Source: a virus. Taken from it: a stretch of 64,000 bases of DNA. The notes under the pieces were generated by a model. The model saw nothing but the letters and a program-made list of their open reading frames with translations. It searched no databases and was not told the origin of the DNA. Every line of letters begins with the position of its first letter. Positions within the stretch are counted from its first letter, which is position 1. The position numbers were made by a program, and so were the translations under genes. The stretch is from the IMG/VR virus record IMGVR_UViG_3300009788_000098, positions 1 to 64,000 of that record; one strand, 5' to 3'. Shown piece by piece: positions 1 to 8,636 of the stretch.

Positions 1-120
1 AAACAAAAACTACAGCTTAAAATGAAACTCCAACGGAAACACATTACGATATTGCGATCCATGGACAAACGGATTAACAGCGCTGATAATCGACTTGTTA
101 GAATGTCAGGTGTACGCTAA
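1..120 (+). CDS. partial hypothetical protein (5' end outside window)
   Basis: Open frame KQKLQLK...SGVR* whose TAA overlaps the next ATG. Confidence 0.4.
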   Translation, partial: KQKLQLKMKLQRKHITILRSMDKRINSADNRLVRMSGVR

Positions 121-221
121 TGACAACCCGTATGCTTTGCGTTTCATGCTACAACGGCCACGCAGGCCCAGATAGACTCTGCAACCGCTGCAGAGACCGG
201 ATTGACGGAAAAGGAGACTAG
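120..221 (+). CDS. 33-aa zinc-finger microprotein
   Basis: Manual translation MTTRMLCVSCYNGHAGPDRLCNRCRDRIDGKGD, two CxxC pairs; not in the ORF track. Confidence 0.5.
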   Translation: MTTRMLCVSCYNGHAGPDRLCNRCRDRIDGKGD

Positions 222-225
222 AACG

Positions 226-435
226 ATGATAACAAAGAATCAATCAATACATGTCAGTAATTTAGGATCGAAAATCACAAAAGCTGCAGACGATATCGAC
301 ACATTGAAAAAGATTGAGAAACGATATAAAAACTGTGATGATTATAGAATAAGACTTGATGTTTCAATTCGTGAACTGAAATCATACAAGAATTCGATGG
401 TGTCAGAGCTGCGTGATATAATCGCCAATTGCTAA
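226..435 (+). CDS. hypothetical early protein
   Basis: AAAGGAG RBS before ATG at 226. Confidence 0.7.
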   Translation: MITKNQSIHVSNLGSKITKAADDIDTLKKIEKRYKNCDDYRIRLDVSIRELKSYKNSMVSELRDIIANC

Positions 436-496
436 ATTGTCAACTTACCAGAGCCCTATTCGTAGGGCTCACGTGAGTTTACAATCTGGTAGACTC
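436..496 (+). other. intergenic long hairpin with alternative pairing
   Basis: 436-448 pairs with 473-485; inner stem 451-458/463-470 with UUCG loop; 486-496 can pair with 446-451 and 475-479 instead. Confidence 0.5.
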
Positions 497-512
497 AATT
501 GAAAGGAGAGCG

Positions 513-629
513 ATGATAGCAAGCATACGCTACAATCAGAAAGTTGACGGGCGGATCACGCGCAAAGTGAACCGTGAGAGAAAACGGTTCCGGTCCTCAA
601 TTAGAAAACTGAAAGTTGACAAGGAATAG
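513..629 (+). CDS. 38-aa basic hypothetical protein
   Basis: GAAAGGAG RBS; MIASIRYNQKVDGRITRKVNRERKRFRSSIRKLKVDKE. Confidence 0.6.
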   Translation: MIASIRYNQKVDGRITRKVNRERKRFRSSIRKLKVDKE

Positions 630-704
630 TTCCCAGATATTCAGCCCGCGAATCCGTTCACGGGCTGCCTTCTGCGACCCATCGTAGAGAAAGGAAGTAA
701 AATT

Positions 705-911
705 ATGACAATCAGCAAGGAAGAATTCAATCAAGAATTTACAAATTTGATTAGTACAATCGGTAATTATCGCGGTGTGATAAACATGATAGACAGTCTC
801 AAAGTTTATCACAATTGCAATACCATTGATGAAATTATGGTAAAACTCAATTCGTTTGTTGAGTCCAAAGTTCACGAATTAAATCAACTTCAATCGTTGT
901 CAATTGAGTAA
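705..911 (+). CDS. hypothetical early protein
   Basis: GAAAGGAAG RBS; ORF track. Confidence 0.7.
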   Translation: MTISKEEFNQEFTNLISTIGNYRGVINMIDSLKVYHNCNTIDEIMVKLNSFVESKVHELNQLQSLSIE

Positions 912-1004
912 ACTTGACAACCAAACATCACGCGCAAGGGAAGAGTCGAAAGTGACTCGACCTTTGCGCGGTTCCGATTCTTCGCCTGGTCTCCAGCTTG
1001 CGAG

Positions 1005-1170
1005 GATTCCACAGATTCCAGATTCCCCGGTCTCAAGATTCCATGGATTCCGCTGTAGATTCCACAGATTCCACCCTTGCGAAGATTCCGCAGATTCCGA
1101 CCCTTCCCACAAAACCCTTGCAACCCTTTGCAGATTCCCCGAAACCCTTCGCGACCCTTCCCGAGATTCC
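1005..1170 (+). repeat. short-repeat array 1: GATTCC x11 and ACCCTT x6
   Basis: GATTCC at 1005,1014,1021,1037,1046,1058,1067,1084,1093,1133,1165; ACCCTT at 1073,1100,1114,1123,1144,1154; all on the same strand. Confidence 0.9.
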
Positions 1171-1504
1171 CCAGATCGTATTTTTGCGATGGTGAAACTT
1201 TCTGTATATAGGTCTTTAATGGATCGAGAAAACCCTTGCAACTTTCTGAAAACCATTCGCGGTTCCCTTCCAGTTTTTCATAATGCTATTATATTATATA
1301 TACAGAAAATTCCACGAACTATTTTCCCGTGTTTTGGGAGCTATCGGCATTCGGAAAAGTCTAGCCCTTTATGGGCTATGCGCAATTGTAGAACATTTGT
1401 ACTATTTAGACCCTTGGTGACTAGAACAAATATGCTAAACTCCGTAAGGCTAAACTCCACCGTAAAATCTGCGTAAAGAGACCTTACAGACCCTTGTCTA
1501 ACCC

Positions 1505-1532
1505 TTGACAAATACCCCTAAACGTGTATAAT
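1505..1532 (+). promoter_or_regulatory. strong sigma70-type early promoter
   Basis: TTGACA-16 nt-TATAAT; near-identical to the promoter at 6848. Confidence 0.85.
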
Positions 1533-1557
1533 GAGTATAGAGTGAAAGGAGTACAAA

Positions 1558-1881
1558 ATGAAAATAGTTCTAGTAAGAAAATCAAACCGGCATAAATGGC
1601 TAAATGCAGGAGCGGCCAGAGATAAGAAAAACTGGGTTAGAATTGTCTACCTTGCCCAACGTGATTATAAAGGTTACCAAACTGCTTACATAGAGGTAAA
1701 TGATAACACCAACCAATACGATATATTCAGACTTCCGCAAAATGCAGAGGTCAACCCGCTCCCTGATATTATCGGCAATCCCTCATTTGTGAAAGCCCTT
1801 GAGAATTTTTATACAACGGGCGCAATGCCGATAACCCCGCCGATAATTGGCAAAATGGTTCAGTTAGGTATTTTGCAGTAA
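1558..1881 (+). CDS. hypothetical early protein
   Basis: AGTGAAAGGAG RBS; first gene after the promoter. Confidence 0.75.
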   Translation: MKIVLVRKSNRHKWLNAGAARDKKNWVRIVYLAQRDYKGYQTAYIEVNDNTNQYDIFRLPQNAEVNPLPDIIGNPSFVKALENFYTTGAMPITPPIIGKMVQLGILQ

Positions 1882-1919
1882 AGTGAAACCCCTGTAAAGG
1901 GGAAAGGATAAGGTGATAA

Positions 1920-2132
1920 ATGCTGAACCACGTTGAGCTAATAAAGCCCGCAACCGATACACACCCCCAGACTGGAGAAACTCAGGAAATGACAATTCTT
2001 GACCTGTACAAATTCCAGAGCAATCCGAAAGAGGTTATAGTGTGGGGCTGGGGAACTTTCAGAACTTGCACAGAACCCCTTAACAAAATTGTAGAAATTC
2101 TGGTATCAGACGGATTCAAGGCTATAGAGTGA
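1920..2132 (+). CDS. hypothetical early protein
   Basis: RBS; operon packing. Confidence 0.7.
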   Translation: MLNHVELIKPATDTHPQTGETQEMTILDLYKFQSNPKEVIVWGWGTFRTCTEPLNKIVEILVSDGFKAIE

Positions 2133-2144
2133 AAGGAGTATAAA

Positions 2145-2519
2145 ATGAATCAATTGCTAGAAAAACGCAGAGACTTTGTAAAATCCCGCGGTGGATCGTG
2201 GGAAGTTTCGGAGTTTGACGGGGAACTAAACGATATCAACCGTGAGATTATAGCCGCTTACAAAGCTGAAAACCCCGCTTGCCATTTAGGGAATGTCAAC
2301 CTATACGAGTATAACAGACACCAAGTTATGACTCCCTGCGTTGGACAAATGGTATACAATTTTGAATATACTTTTGTCATCCCTGAATTTGACCAGGAAC
2401 TGCACACAATGATAATTGAGTATAACAAGCTCCCCTATTCAAGCGGATTAATGAAAGTCATTGATGCAATATTCAACCGCATAGAAAACACCGGCGGCGT
2501 TACTTTTCAATGGGTGTAA
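2145..2519 (+). CDS. hypothetical early protein
   Basis: AGTGAAAGGAG RBS. Confidence 0.75.
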   Translation: MNQLLEKRRDFVKSRGGSWEVSEFDGELNDINREIIAAYKAENPACHLGNVNLYEYNRHQVMTPCVGQMVYNFEYTFVIPEFDQELHTMIIEYNKLPYSSGLMKVIDAIFNRIENTGGVTFQWV

Positions 2520-2530
2520 AGGAGTTTACC

Positions 2531-2824
2531 ATGAGAGATATTAACGAGTGGCCCTACAGTGGCGAAGGCAGCATAACCGATAATTGGCAAAATGAAGTTG
2601 ACGCGTGGACTGAAACCAATGAAGAGAACTATTGGGATCAGCTAGAATGCCTGCCCCCTCGCAAGATGACCGGTTCAGTTTTCGCAGTCGGTGAACCTTT
2701 CAGCATGACAATACACGCCGTATTCGCAGAAATTGGGGGGCGATTCTTCGGCAAGAACTGCGATATAACCAAGTGGAATCCAGTCCGTTATAAGCTGGAC
2801 ATCATAAAGCAATTCAAGGTCTAA
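2531..2824 (+). CDS. hypothetical early protein
   Basis: AAAGGAG RBS before ATG at 2531. Confidence 0.7.
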   Translation: MRDINEWPYSGEGSITDNWQNEVDAWTETNEENYWDQLECLPPRKMTGSVFAVGEPFSMTIHAVFAEIGGRFFGKNCDITKWNPVRYKLDIIKQFKV

Positions 2825-2825
2825 T

Positions 2826-3059
2826 ATGACAATTGACAACGAAGTCCTTATTGACGTACTGGACTGCTCCCAGTGCCCGGAGTGGAGCGACCCCAGAGCG
2901 TGCTACAGGTGCGCCGATGGTGATATTCCTGTAAAGGTATGCGAACACGATAACACTGTATTAGACGTTCGGGGCGGCCACCACTACGCAGCTGGTGAGG
3001 TCTGGGACGATATCGAGGAGTCTGTATATTGTCTGGACTGCCAAACGGTTATAGGCTGA
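2826..3059 (+). CDS. small Cys-rich (Zn-binding) protein
   Basis: CSQC, CYRC, CEH, CLDC motifs. Confidence 0.65.
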   Translation: MTIDNEVLIDVLDCSQCPEWSDPRACYRCADGDIPVKVCEHDNTVLDVRGGHHYAAGEVWDDIEESVYCLDCQTVIG

Positions 3060-3071
3060 AAGGAGTCTACA

Positions 3072-3338
3072 ATGGATACAAAATGGATCGTTGGCTTTGT
3101 GGCAAATGAAAACACCCGTTGGATGCCCTACTTCGGCGCTGATGACCTCCAAGACGCGAAAAAAGCCTTTGAAATGGCTGTTGAAATAGGGGATTATCTA
3201 AAGGTCGGTATATTCAGAAATAAACCCCCATGGCGAGAACGTAAGCCACGTTACTTACACGATAATACTGACAAATCAAATGCCAAAATTAGAGGGCTTG
3301 AGGGACTTATAAACTCATTGCCCTCTGATTATTTCTAA
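3072..3338 (+). CDS. hypothetical early protein
   Basis: GAAAGGAG RBS. Confidence 0.7.
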   Translation: MDTKWIVGFVANENTRWMPYFGADDLQDAKKAFEMAVEIGDYLKVGIFRNKPPWRERKPRYLHDNTDKSNAKIRGLEGLINSLPSDYF

Positions 3339-3352
3339 CTTCCACCAGGGGG

Positions 3353-3404
3353 AGGGGTCGCCCGGTTCTACACCGGACTTGATAACGCAAAAGCAGAAAC
3401 CCTT
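3353..3404 (+). ncRNA. variant type III hammerhead ribozyme-like RNA, copy 1
   Basis: Stem III AGGGGU/ACCCUU, GUC triplet (C3359), stem I GCCCGGU-UCUAC-ACCGGAC, core UUGAUAA, stem II GC-AAAA-GC, GAAA. Confidence 0.65.
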
Positions 3405-3424
3405 ACAACGAAAGGATATAAACC

Positions 3425-3685
3425 ATGAATAAAATTAAAGAACTTCAATTTGACAAATACACAAAAATTATAGAAATAAACGACAGCCGGTTTATGGTTT
3501 ACAAGATCGATAGCGGCGAATGGGACGATAAAAACTGTCGCCCTATTATGCGCGATACTGTGAAAATCAGCCCTGATTATAACCCCTCTGCTAATTTCAC
3601 AATCTCGGCCCCCACTATCAAGACTCTTGTAAAGAAACTGGAGAAAATTGATTATCAGATTGTTAAGCCTCACAACGGGAGATAA
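3425..3685 (+). CDS. hypothetical early protein
   Basis: GAAAGGA RBS just downstream of the ribozyme-like motif. Confidence 0.7.
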   Translation: MNKIKELQFDKYTKIIEINDSRFMVYKIDSGEWDDKNCRPIMRDTVKISPDYNPSANFTISAPTIKTLVKKLEKIDYQIVKPHNGR

Positions 3686-3687
3686 AC

Positions 3688-4290
3688 ATGTGTACCAAAT
3701 GCCTAAATTACAATAACCAAGAAACAGTATATTCCACTCAAGAGGGCTCAATGTGTGCTGAGTGCGCCGGGATTATAATTGATGAACTTAGTGAAGAACT
3801 AGACAAAGAACACACAGAACAGATATACTTTTCCGAAGAACTATTTGAGAAATTAGCAAGTGTTCAGCATGATATCTGGGCGGACTGGATGAAACAAACG
3901 CTTGATGAATATGCTATGGCAGCTCCTTGCATGGAATGTATGAGTGGAGAATCAATCCTTTTAAGCATTGGATGTGAATATGAAGATACAGAATACTATG
4001 CCACCTGGAAACAACTGATTAACACTCAGTATAAAAACCTAACAAAAGAGGAAAAGGAAAGTAACCGAGAGCGTGTCCGCAAGTTCTGGCATTTGATAAA
4101 AACCGAGGATACACACACCAAAAAATCATATCAGGGATTAATAAAAATCCTAAAGAAACATTACCCGGAAGTTTGGGAGAAAGTAGCTATGGCAGAGAAT
4201 ACACTGCTAAAGTTTTTAGAGGAGCGTTACGACGACGAAACTGAACCATTTGGAAATGGCTATAACAAGGGATATATGGGAAGCGGATAA
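3688..4290 (+). CDS. hypothetical protein with N-terminal CxxC pairs
   Basis: ORF track; CTKC...CAEC; HDIWADW segment. Confidence 0.7.
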   Translation: MCTKCLNYNNQETVYSTQEGSMCAECAGIIIDELSEELDKEHTEQIYFSEELFEKLASVQHDIWADWMKQTLDEYAMAAPCMECMSGESILLSIGCEYEDTEYYATWKQLINTQYKNLTKEEKESNRERVRKFWHLIKTEDTHTKKSYQGLIKILKKHYPEVWEKVAMAENTLLKFLEERYDDETEPFGNGYNKGYMGSG

Positions 4291-4339
4291 TATATCAGAT
4301 TGACACAATTATTGAGAAGCACGGAAAGGAAAAATAATC

Positions 4340-4747
4340 ATGTACAAAAATAAATTATGCCCACTTTGCCAATCATCTGCAATCATAAAAACGGGCGGGT
4401 ACAACAAGCTGTATTATTGGGCTGAATGTACAGATCAAACTTGTGGATATGAGACAGGACATCATCCTACGAGGGCAGAAGCTGCCCGCGCCTGGATAGA
4501 GCGTGATATTAAAGATAATACTAAAATATTAGAAGATACGATAATAAATCTTCGTGATGAGATTAAGGAATTGAAAACCCGGATATCTATTGAGGAGAGA
4601 TTACCAGAGGTGCATAATCGGGTATTGGTATTTATGTCTCCCGATCATGTACACACAAGACTTTGTCTTTATAACAATGGTTATTGGGTAGATGATGAAG
4701 GCCAAAGTGTCAATGGTGTAACTCATTGGCAACCTATATTAGATTGA
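4340..4747 (+). CDS. Lar-like Zn-ribbon plus DUF551-like protein
   Basis: CPLC...CTDQTC...AARAW N-terminus (Lar-like); ISIEERLP...VTHWQP C-terminus (DUF551-like). Confidence 0.6.
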   Translation: MYKNKLCPLCQSSAIIKTGGYNKLYYWAECTDQTCGYETGHHPTRAEAARAWIERDIKDNTKILEDTIINLRDEIKELKTRISIEERLPEVHNRVLVFMSPDHVHTRLCLYNNGYWVDDEGQSVNGVTHWQPILD

Positions 4748-4759
4748 AAGGAGAATAGA

Positions 4760-4972
4760 ATGCCCACAAATAAAGAGATAGAGGATTATATGCTTCAAGA
4801 AGTTAAGTTTCACGCTGATTATAAAACTGGTATTGTTAACCTTACAACCATTGCTGAGGATGCGTATAACACCCTTGAGCCTTCCTCAACTACAGATATA
4901 CCTGAACGTTATTTTGAGATTGCACTTGAACTGTTCGAGTGTGATGAAGCTAGTGAAAGGAGAACACAATGA
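4760..4972 (+). CDS. hypothetical early protein
   Basis: GAAAGGAG RBS. Confidence 0.7.
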   Translation: MPTNKEIEDYMLQEVKFHADYKTGIVNLTTIAEDAYNTLEPSSTTDIPERYFEIALELFECDEASERRTQ

Positions 4973-5268
4973 ACAAATGCCCCCTGTGTGATAATACTGG
5001 AGTAATGGATACAAAGCGGAAACCCTCACGCTATCTTTACAACCGCAATCACAAACTCGTTAACGTTTACTGTGTCCTGTGTGCTGAAGATAAGAACGAG
5101 GTCAATCGTGCCGTGAAAGTAATTGAGAAGCGGATCAAGACCCTTGCAAAGTTCGCAGGTCTCAAAGGGCACACTGTAAAGGACGCGTATGCAATCCGGC
5201 AGCTCCCTGGTGTGATAGAACTCGTAACTGCTTATATGAGAATATTAACCCTTGTCTGGACTGTCTGA
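4969..5268 (+). CDS. Zn-finger hypothetical protein
   Basis: CPLC...CVLC; AGTGAAAGGAG RBS. Confidence 0.7.
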   Translation: MNKCPLCDNTGVMDTKRKPSRYLYNRNHKLVNVYCVLCAEDKNEVNRAVKVIEKRIKTLAKFAGLKGHTVKDAYAIRQLPGVIELVTAYMRILTLVWTV

Positions 5269-5285
5269 ATTCCACAGGGGGAATC

Positions 5286-5335
5286 GGGGTCGTCTGGTTC
5301 TACACCGGACTTGATAACGCAAAAGTAGAAACCCC
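5286..5335 (+). ncRNA. variant type III hammerhead ribozyme-like RNA, copy 2
   Basis: GGGGU/ACCCC stem III, GUC (C5291), fully paired stem I GUCUGGU/ACCGGAC, core UUGAUAA, stem II GC-AAAA-GU, GAAA. Confidence 0.65.
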
Positions 5336-5365
5336 TATAGCCGAAACCCCCGAAAGGAGTCCACT

Positions 5366-5665
5366 ATGAAAAGTCTATATAAACCAACTGATAAACTATG
5401 CCCAGAATACACCCCCCCTGAGACCTTCCCCTACGGCGAATATGTAAAGGTTGCAGAATTCCCCGCAACCGCCGAGGGCGGGCGACCTTGCACGCTTTGC
5501 GAAACCCGAACGCCTGCAAGGTTTTATAAACTGGCTGTTTACCCTTCGCCCGACAGTATAGGAGAACTACAACACGGCGTAACTATCTTCACAGGCTCAG
5601 GACAAGAGAAGCTGATTGTGTCAATTGCCCGTGGAGTCGCTGATGGTATGCTAGTAATCAGCTAG
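5366..5665 (+). CDS. hypothetical early protein
   Basis: GAAAGGAG RBS. Confidence 0.7.
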   Translation: MKSLYKPTDKLCPEYTPPETFPYGEYVKVAEFPATAEGGRPCTLCETRTPARFYKLAVYPSPDSIGELQHGVTIFTGSGQEKLIVSIARGVADGMLVIS

Positions 5666-5666
5666 A

Positions 5667-5820
5667 GATTCCAGTCTAGATTCCACACCAGATTCCACTA
5701 AAGATTCCAGCTAATCTGTGGAGATTCCCCCCCCCCGACCCTTCGCAGATTCCGGGTCAGATTCCAGTAACCCTTCCAAGATTCCAGAGCTTCCGGGCAA
5801 TAAAAACCCTTGCGACCCTT
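5667..5820 (+). repeat. short-repeat array 2: GATTCC x8 and ACCCTT x4
   Basis: GATTCC at 5667,5679,5691,5703,5723,5748,5760,5780; ACCCTT at 5738,5770,5806,5815; same strand as array 1. Confidence 0.9.
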
Positions 5821-5827
5821 AGCCCCC

Positions 5828-6139
5828 TCACGCACCTGGCAATAATCCTTCCCTCTTGACTTCCAAGTGCGTGATATACCTGTGGTACGTGTCTGGGTTG
5901 CAAATTGGGCATAATCGCTTCCCCCCACCCTTCTTCAACTTAGATTCCAGCTTCCGTGACCCTTCCCAAGTGCGGATAACTTGCCACTGGATTCCGGCTT
6001 TATTAACAGCCCTCAACAATCTCGCACCACGGTTAGACCGATGTTCCTTTAACCGTCTTGCGAAATTCTTGGTATAGCCGATGTAATGTTGCATGTGACC
6101 GAGCGGCTCTTCGAAGTGGATAAGGTACACAATTTCCAT
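5828..6139 (-). CDS. GIY-YIG nuclease family protein
   Basis: IVYLIH...HYIGYT..FARRLKEH...LESKLK signature. Confidence 0.8.
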   Translation of the reverse strand: MEIVYLIHFEEPLGHMQHYIGYTKNFARRLKEHRSNRGARLLRAVNKAGIQWQVIRTWEGSRKLESKLKKGGGKRLCPICNPDTYHRYITHLEVKREGLLPGA

Positions 6140-6221
6140 ACCCTAATTGTACCGCAAATTGCAGAAATATGGGTAACAAAAAGCCCCCTGATAAACCCCT
6201 TGTAAAAAGGTGACTAAAACC

Positions 6222-6728
6222 CTAACTATCGCCTAGTAAAGCCTCACTAGCTTCCGCTAAAAGGGCATTATCACCATGCTCAACTAAAAGGTCATCTGTC
6301 GGCAACTCTAACCACTCTGACAAATCCCCCGCAATAGTAATCTGTACAGTATCATCCATCTGTACAAAACTGATTGCGTTTCCGCCTTCGTCTAATGCCC
6401 GTGCTAGCTTCTCAAAACCCTTTGCGTCTAGCTTGAGCAGGTTATAAAACTCCTTCTGAATTGCCCAACCGATTGCTGCTAATGGGACATAATCAAATGT
6501 CACCTTCTTGCGGGTGTTCAGGGCGGGGTGTAATTCCTCGCCAGCCTGATGTGATCTAATCCCTTTGCTTCTAGCCAGAGACTCTAAAGCTGCTACATCG
6601 TTCTCGGCAGATTTCTTAGCCTTGACCGCATCAACGTAATGGGACTCTGCTTGCAACTCTGCAAGGCGTTCTTTTGCTGACTGTGCTTGTAAGCGACTCT
6701 GTGCTAATTGTGCTATAAGTTCGTTCAT
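6222..6728 (-). CDS. coiled-coil hypothetical protein
   Basis: AGTGAAAGGAG RBS and own promoter; N-terminal coiled coil. Confidence 0.7.
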   Translation of the reverse strand: MNELIAQLAQSRLQAQSAKERLAELQAESHYVDAVKAKKSAENDVAALESLARSKGIRSHQAGEELHPALNTRKKVTFDYVPLAAIGWAIQKEFYNLLKLDAKGFEKLARALDEGGNAISFVQMDDTVQITIAGDLSEWLELPTDDLLVEHGDNALLAEASEALLGDS

Positions 6729-6767
6729 GGTACTTCTCCTTTCACTAACTTGGATACTTCCTTATAT

Positions 6768-6796
6768 ATAGTACCACAAGTGCGCTCCCTTGTCAA
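6768..6796 (-). promoter_or_regulatory. leftward promoter (extended -10)
   Basis: TTGACA-17 nt-TACTAT with TG. Confidence 0.75.
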
Positions 6797-6847
6797 GCGT
6801 GTTACTAAGTATTTATACCTAATTGCCACAATACTGGTGTAATGCTC

Positions 6848-6875
6848 TTGACAAATACCGATAATCGTGTATAAT
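6848..6875 (+). promoter_or_regulatory. rightward strong promoter
   Basis: TTGACA-16 nt-TATAAT; shares CTTGACAAATACC...CGTGTATAAT with 1505. Confidence 0.85.
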
Positions 6876-6916
6876 AAGGATATAAGATTACATACGATTA
6901 GTGAAAGGAGAATACT

Positions 6917-7135
6917 ATGGAAGCAAATGAGATAATTGAAATGTACAAAAAGTTAGCAGAAGAAACAAAAGCACCAGTAACAACTTTTGTAGCTGGCATC
7001 AAATTCGTGTTTAGCAGCCGTTTCAAGTCAGGCACAAGAAGCATAATAGCACACTATGTTGCCAGCGAAATCAGACACGAAAAGGGCGCAGAAGAGCTCT
7101 TGACCACATGCCTAAAAATCCAGAGAGACCGATGA
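6917..7135 (+). CDS. hypothetical protein
   Basis: AGTGAAAGGAG RBS. Confidence 0.7.
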   Translation: MEANEIIEMYKKLAEETKAPVTTFVAGIKFVFSSRFKSGTRSIIAHYVASEIRHEKGAEELLTTCLKIQRDR

Positions 7136-7515
7136 ATAAATTCCACAAAGCACGCAACCTAGTGAACATGTCCATGGTCGCACCTGATGCTCGTGACAAA
7201 GAGGGTAGAATTCGCACTGCCAATGTGAGCGGATCAAAAGCCAAATCTTATCACGTAATTTTGCGACGGCATAACAGCAGGATAACAGCGGAGTGCAGAC
7301 TTTCTACAGGAGTTGGCTTTCTTCCATGTCCCTCCAATGAATACTTGTGCTGGCACTCACTAGCTGTTATTATGACTGCCATTGAAGAAACCGGCAAGAA
7401 AGTTTCGTTCTGCCACGAGAAAGACAAAGCTGAGAACTTATCTAACCTGGGAGGACAAATTTTTGCAGCAAGTAAATGGAAGTCGGATAAAGTAAACTGG
7501 TTGGTAGTGAAATGA
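7132..7515 (+). CDS. SWIM-type zinc-finger protein
   Basis: SGSKAKSYHV...AEC...CP...LCWHSLAV pattern; ATGA overlap. Confidence 0.55.
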   Translation: MNKFHKARNLVNMSMVAPDARDKEGRIRTANVSGSKAKSYHVILRRHNSRITAECRLSTGVGFLPCPSNEYLCWHSLAVIMTAIEETGKKVSFCHEKDKAENLSNLGGQIFAASKWKSDKVNWLVVK

Positions 7516-7654
7516 TACTGTTTGACCTCACCCTGCTCACCATCGCCGTTGTCGCTGCCCTAAAAGGCTCGTGGAATACCGTAGCGTTCTGTGCGGGGTT
7601 CTGGGCGACTATGACAATGAGATGCAAAACGTATAGAGAGATAAAGGAGACCTC

Positions 7655-7855
7655 ATGAAAAAAGACTTCATACTTAGAAAAGTGGACGATGAGAACGTTG
7701 TAGTCATCTGCAAAGAATACAACACCGCTTGGGCAATGCTATTTGCGGATTTCTTTTACACCTCTGCTGGCAATGAAATATACAGATTTGCTCGTGGCGA
7801 GAACGCTGACGGCAAGGAACTGCACGTTACAATCACGATAGAGAGAACCCCATGA
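7655..7855 (+). CDS. hypothetical protein
   Basis: AAAGGAG RBS. Confidence 0.65.
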   Translation: MKKDFILRKVDDENVVVICKEYNTAWAMLFADFFYTSAGNEIYRFARGENADGKELHVTITIERTP

Positions 7856-8067
7856 ACAAATTCTCAAAAGACATGGCTATGAGGCACCTGGAATCGTGGC
7901 TGGAATCATTCTTTTACGAGCTTGACGAAAACTATGATTACGCGAAAAGAAAGTGGTACAGTGGTGTATTCTTAGGCTTTGAAAGCATGGCTTGGGCTAT
8001 AGGAGAGAAACAGATTGAGAAACTAGCCCTGGCGTGCGTGGAACTCGTGCGGAGAACGTACCGATGA
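7852..8067 (+). CDS. hypothetical protein
   Basis: ATGA overlaps on both sides. Confidence 0.65.
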   Translation: MNKFSKDMAMRHLESWLESFFYELDENYDYAKRKWYSGVFLGFESMAWAIGEKQIEKLALACVELVRRTYR

Positions 8068-8636
8068 CAATCTGGCTGACTGCTGACCATCACGCAGGAC
8101 ATCACAATATCATTGAGTATACAAATCGCCCATTTGCTAATGTTGCAGAAATGGATAGCGAGCTTATCAGACGACACAATAAAGTAGTTGCCCAAAATGA
8201 AAGCGTATATATGCTAGGAGATGTAACTTTAGCTAACCTTGAGTACACATACAATTTCCTAAATCAACTTAATGGGACATTATACATTGTGCCAGGTGGA
8301 CATGACTACTGGATAGAGAAGCACAATAGACTTCCATCATCAGTAGAACTAGCATCAAAATTGCAACCCAACAAAGTAGTCATTCTGCCCTCACTATACA
8401 CACTTAAGCCAGTGTACACTCGATACCCTTCCTGCATCCTCTGCCACTTTGCTTTGCGCACTTGGCACAAATCCCACTATAACAGTTTTCACTTCCACGG
8501 ACACTCACATGGTCAGCTTCCGACAGCTTATAACTGCCTTGACGTAGGTGTCGATGTGCATAATTTCTATCCTATCAGCCTGGATAAAGCCTCAAAGAAA
8601 ATCGAGAAGAACAATGAAAACCTTGACAAAAACTAA
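8064..8636 (+). CDS. calcineurin-like metallophosphoesterase
   Basis: ADHHAGH, LGD, GGHD, HF, HGHSH, LDVGVD motifs. Confidence 0.88.
   Translation: MTIWLTADHHAGHHNIIEYTNRPFANVAEMDSELIRRHNKVVAQNESVYMLGDVTLANLEYTYNFLNQLNGTLYIVPGGHDYWIEKHNRLPSSVELASKLQPNKVVILPSLYTLKPVYTRYPSCILCHFALRTWHKSHYNSFHFHGHSHGQLPTAYNCLDVGVDVHNFYPISLDKASKKIEKNNENLDKN

Noticed and set aside
167-185. CTCTGCA/TGCAGAG hairpin as an RNA element
   Set aside because: Lies inside a plausible 33-aa CxxC ORF (120-221) that explains the sequence
440-480. HEARO/omegaRNA (GTCAAC...ACC-hairpin start)
   Set aside because: Too short, and no IscB/TnpB/HNH gene nearby
1005-1170. CRISPR or TIGR-like guide array
   Set aside because: Repeats are only 6-7 bp with very short, irregular gaps; no Cas or Nop-domain gene recognised
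900-1476. ORFs 904-1476, 900-1256, 890-1123 and 998-1195
   Set aside because: Low-complexity translations of the repeat array with no good RBS; likely spurious
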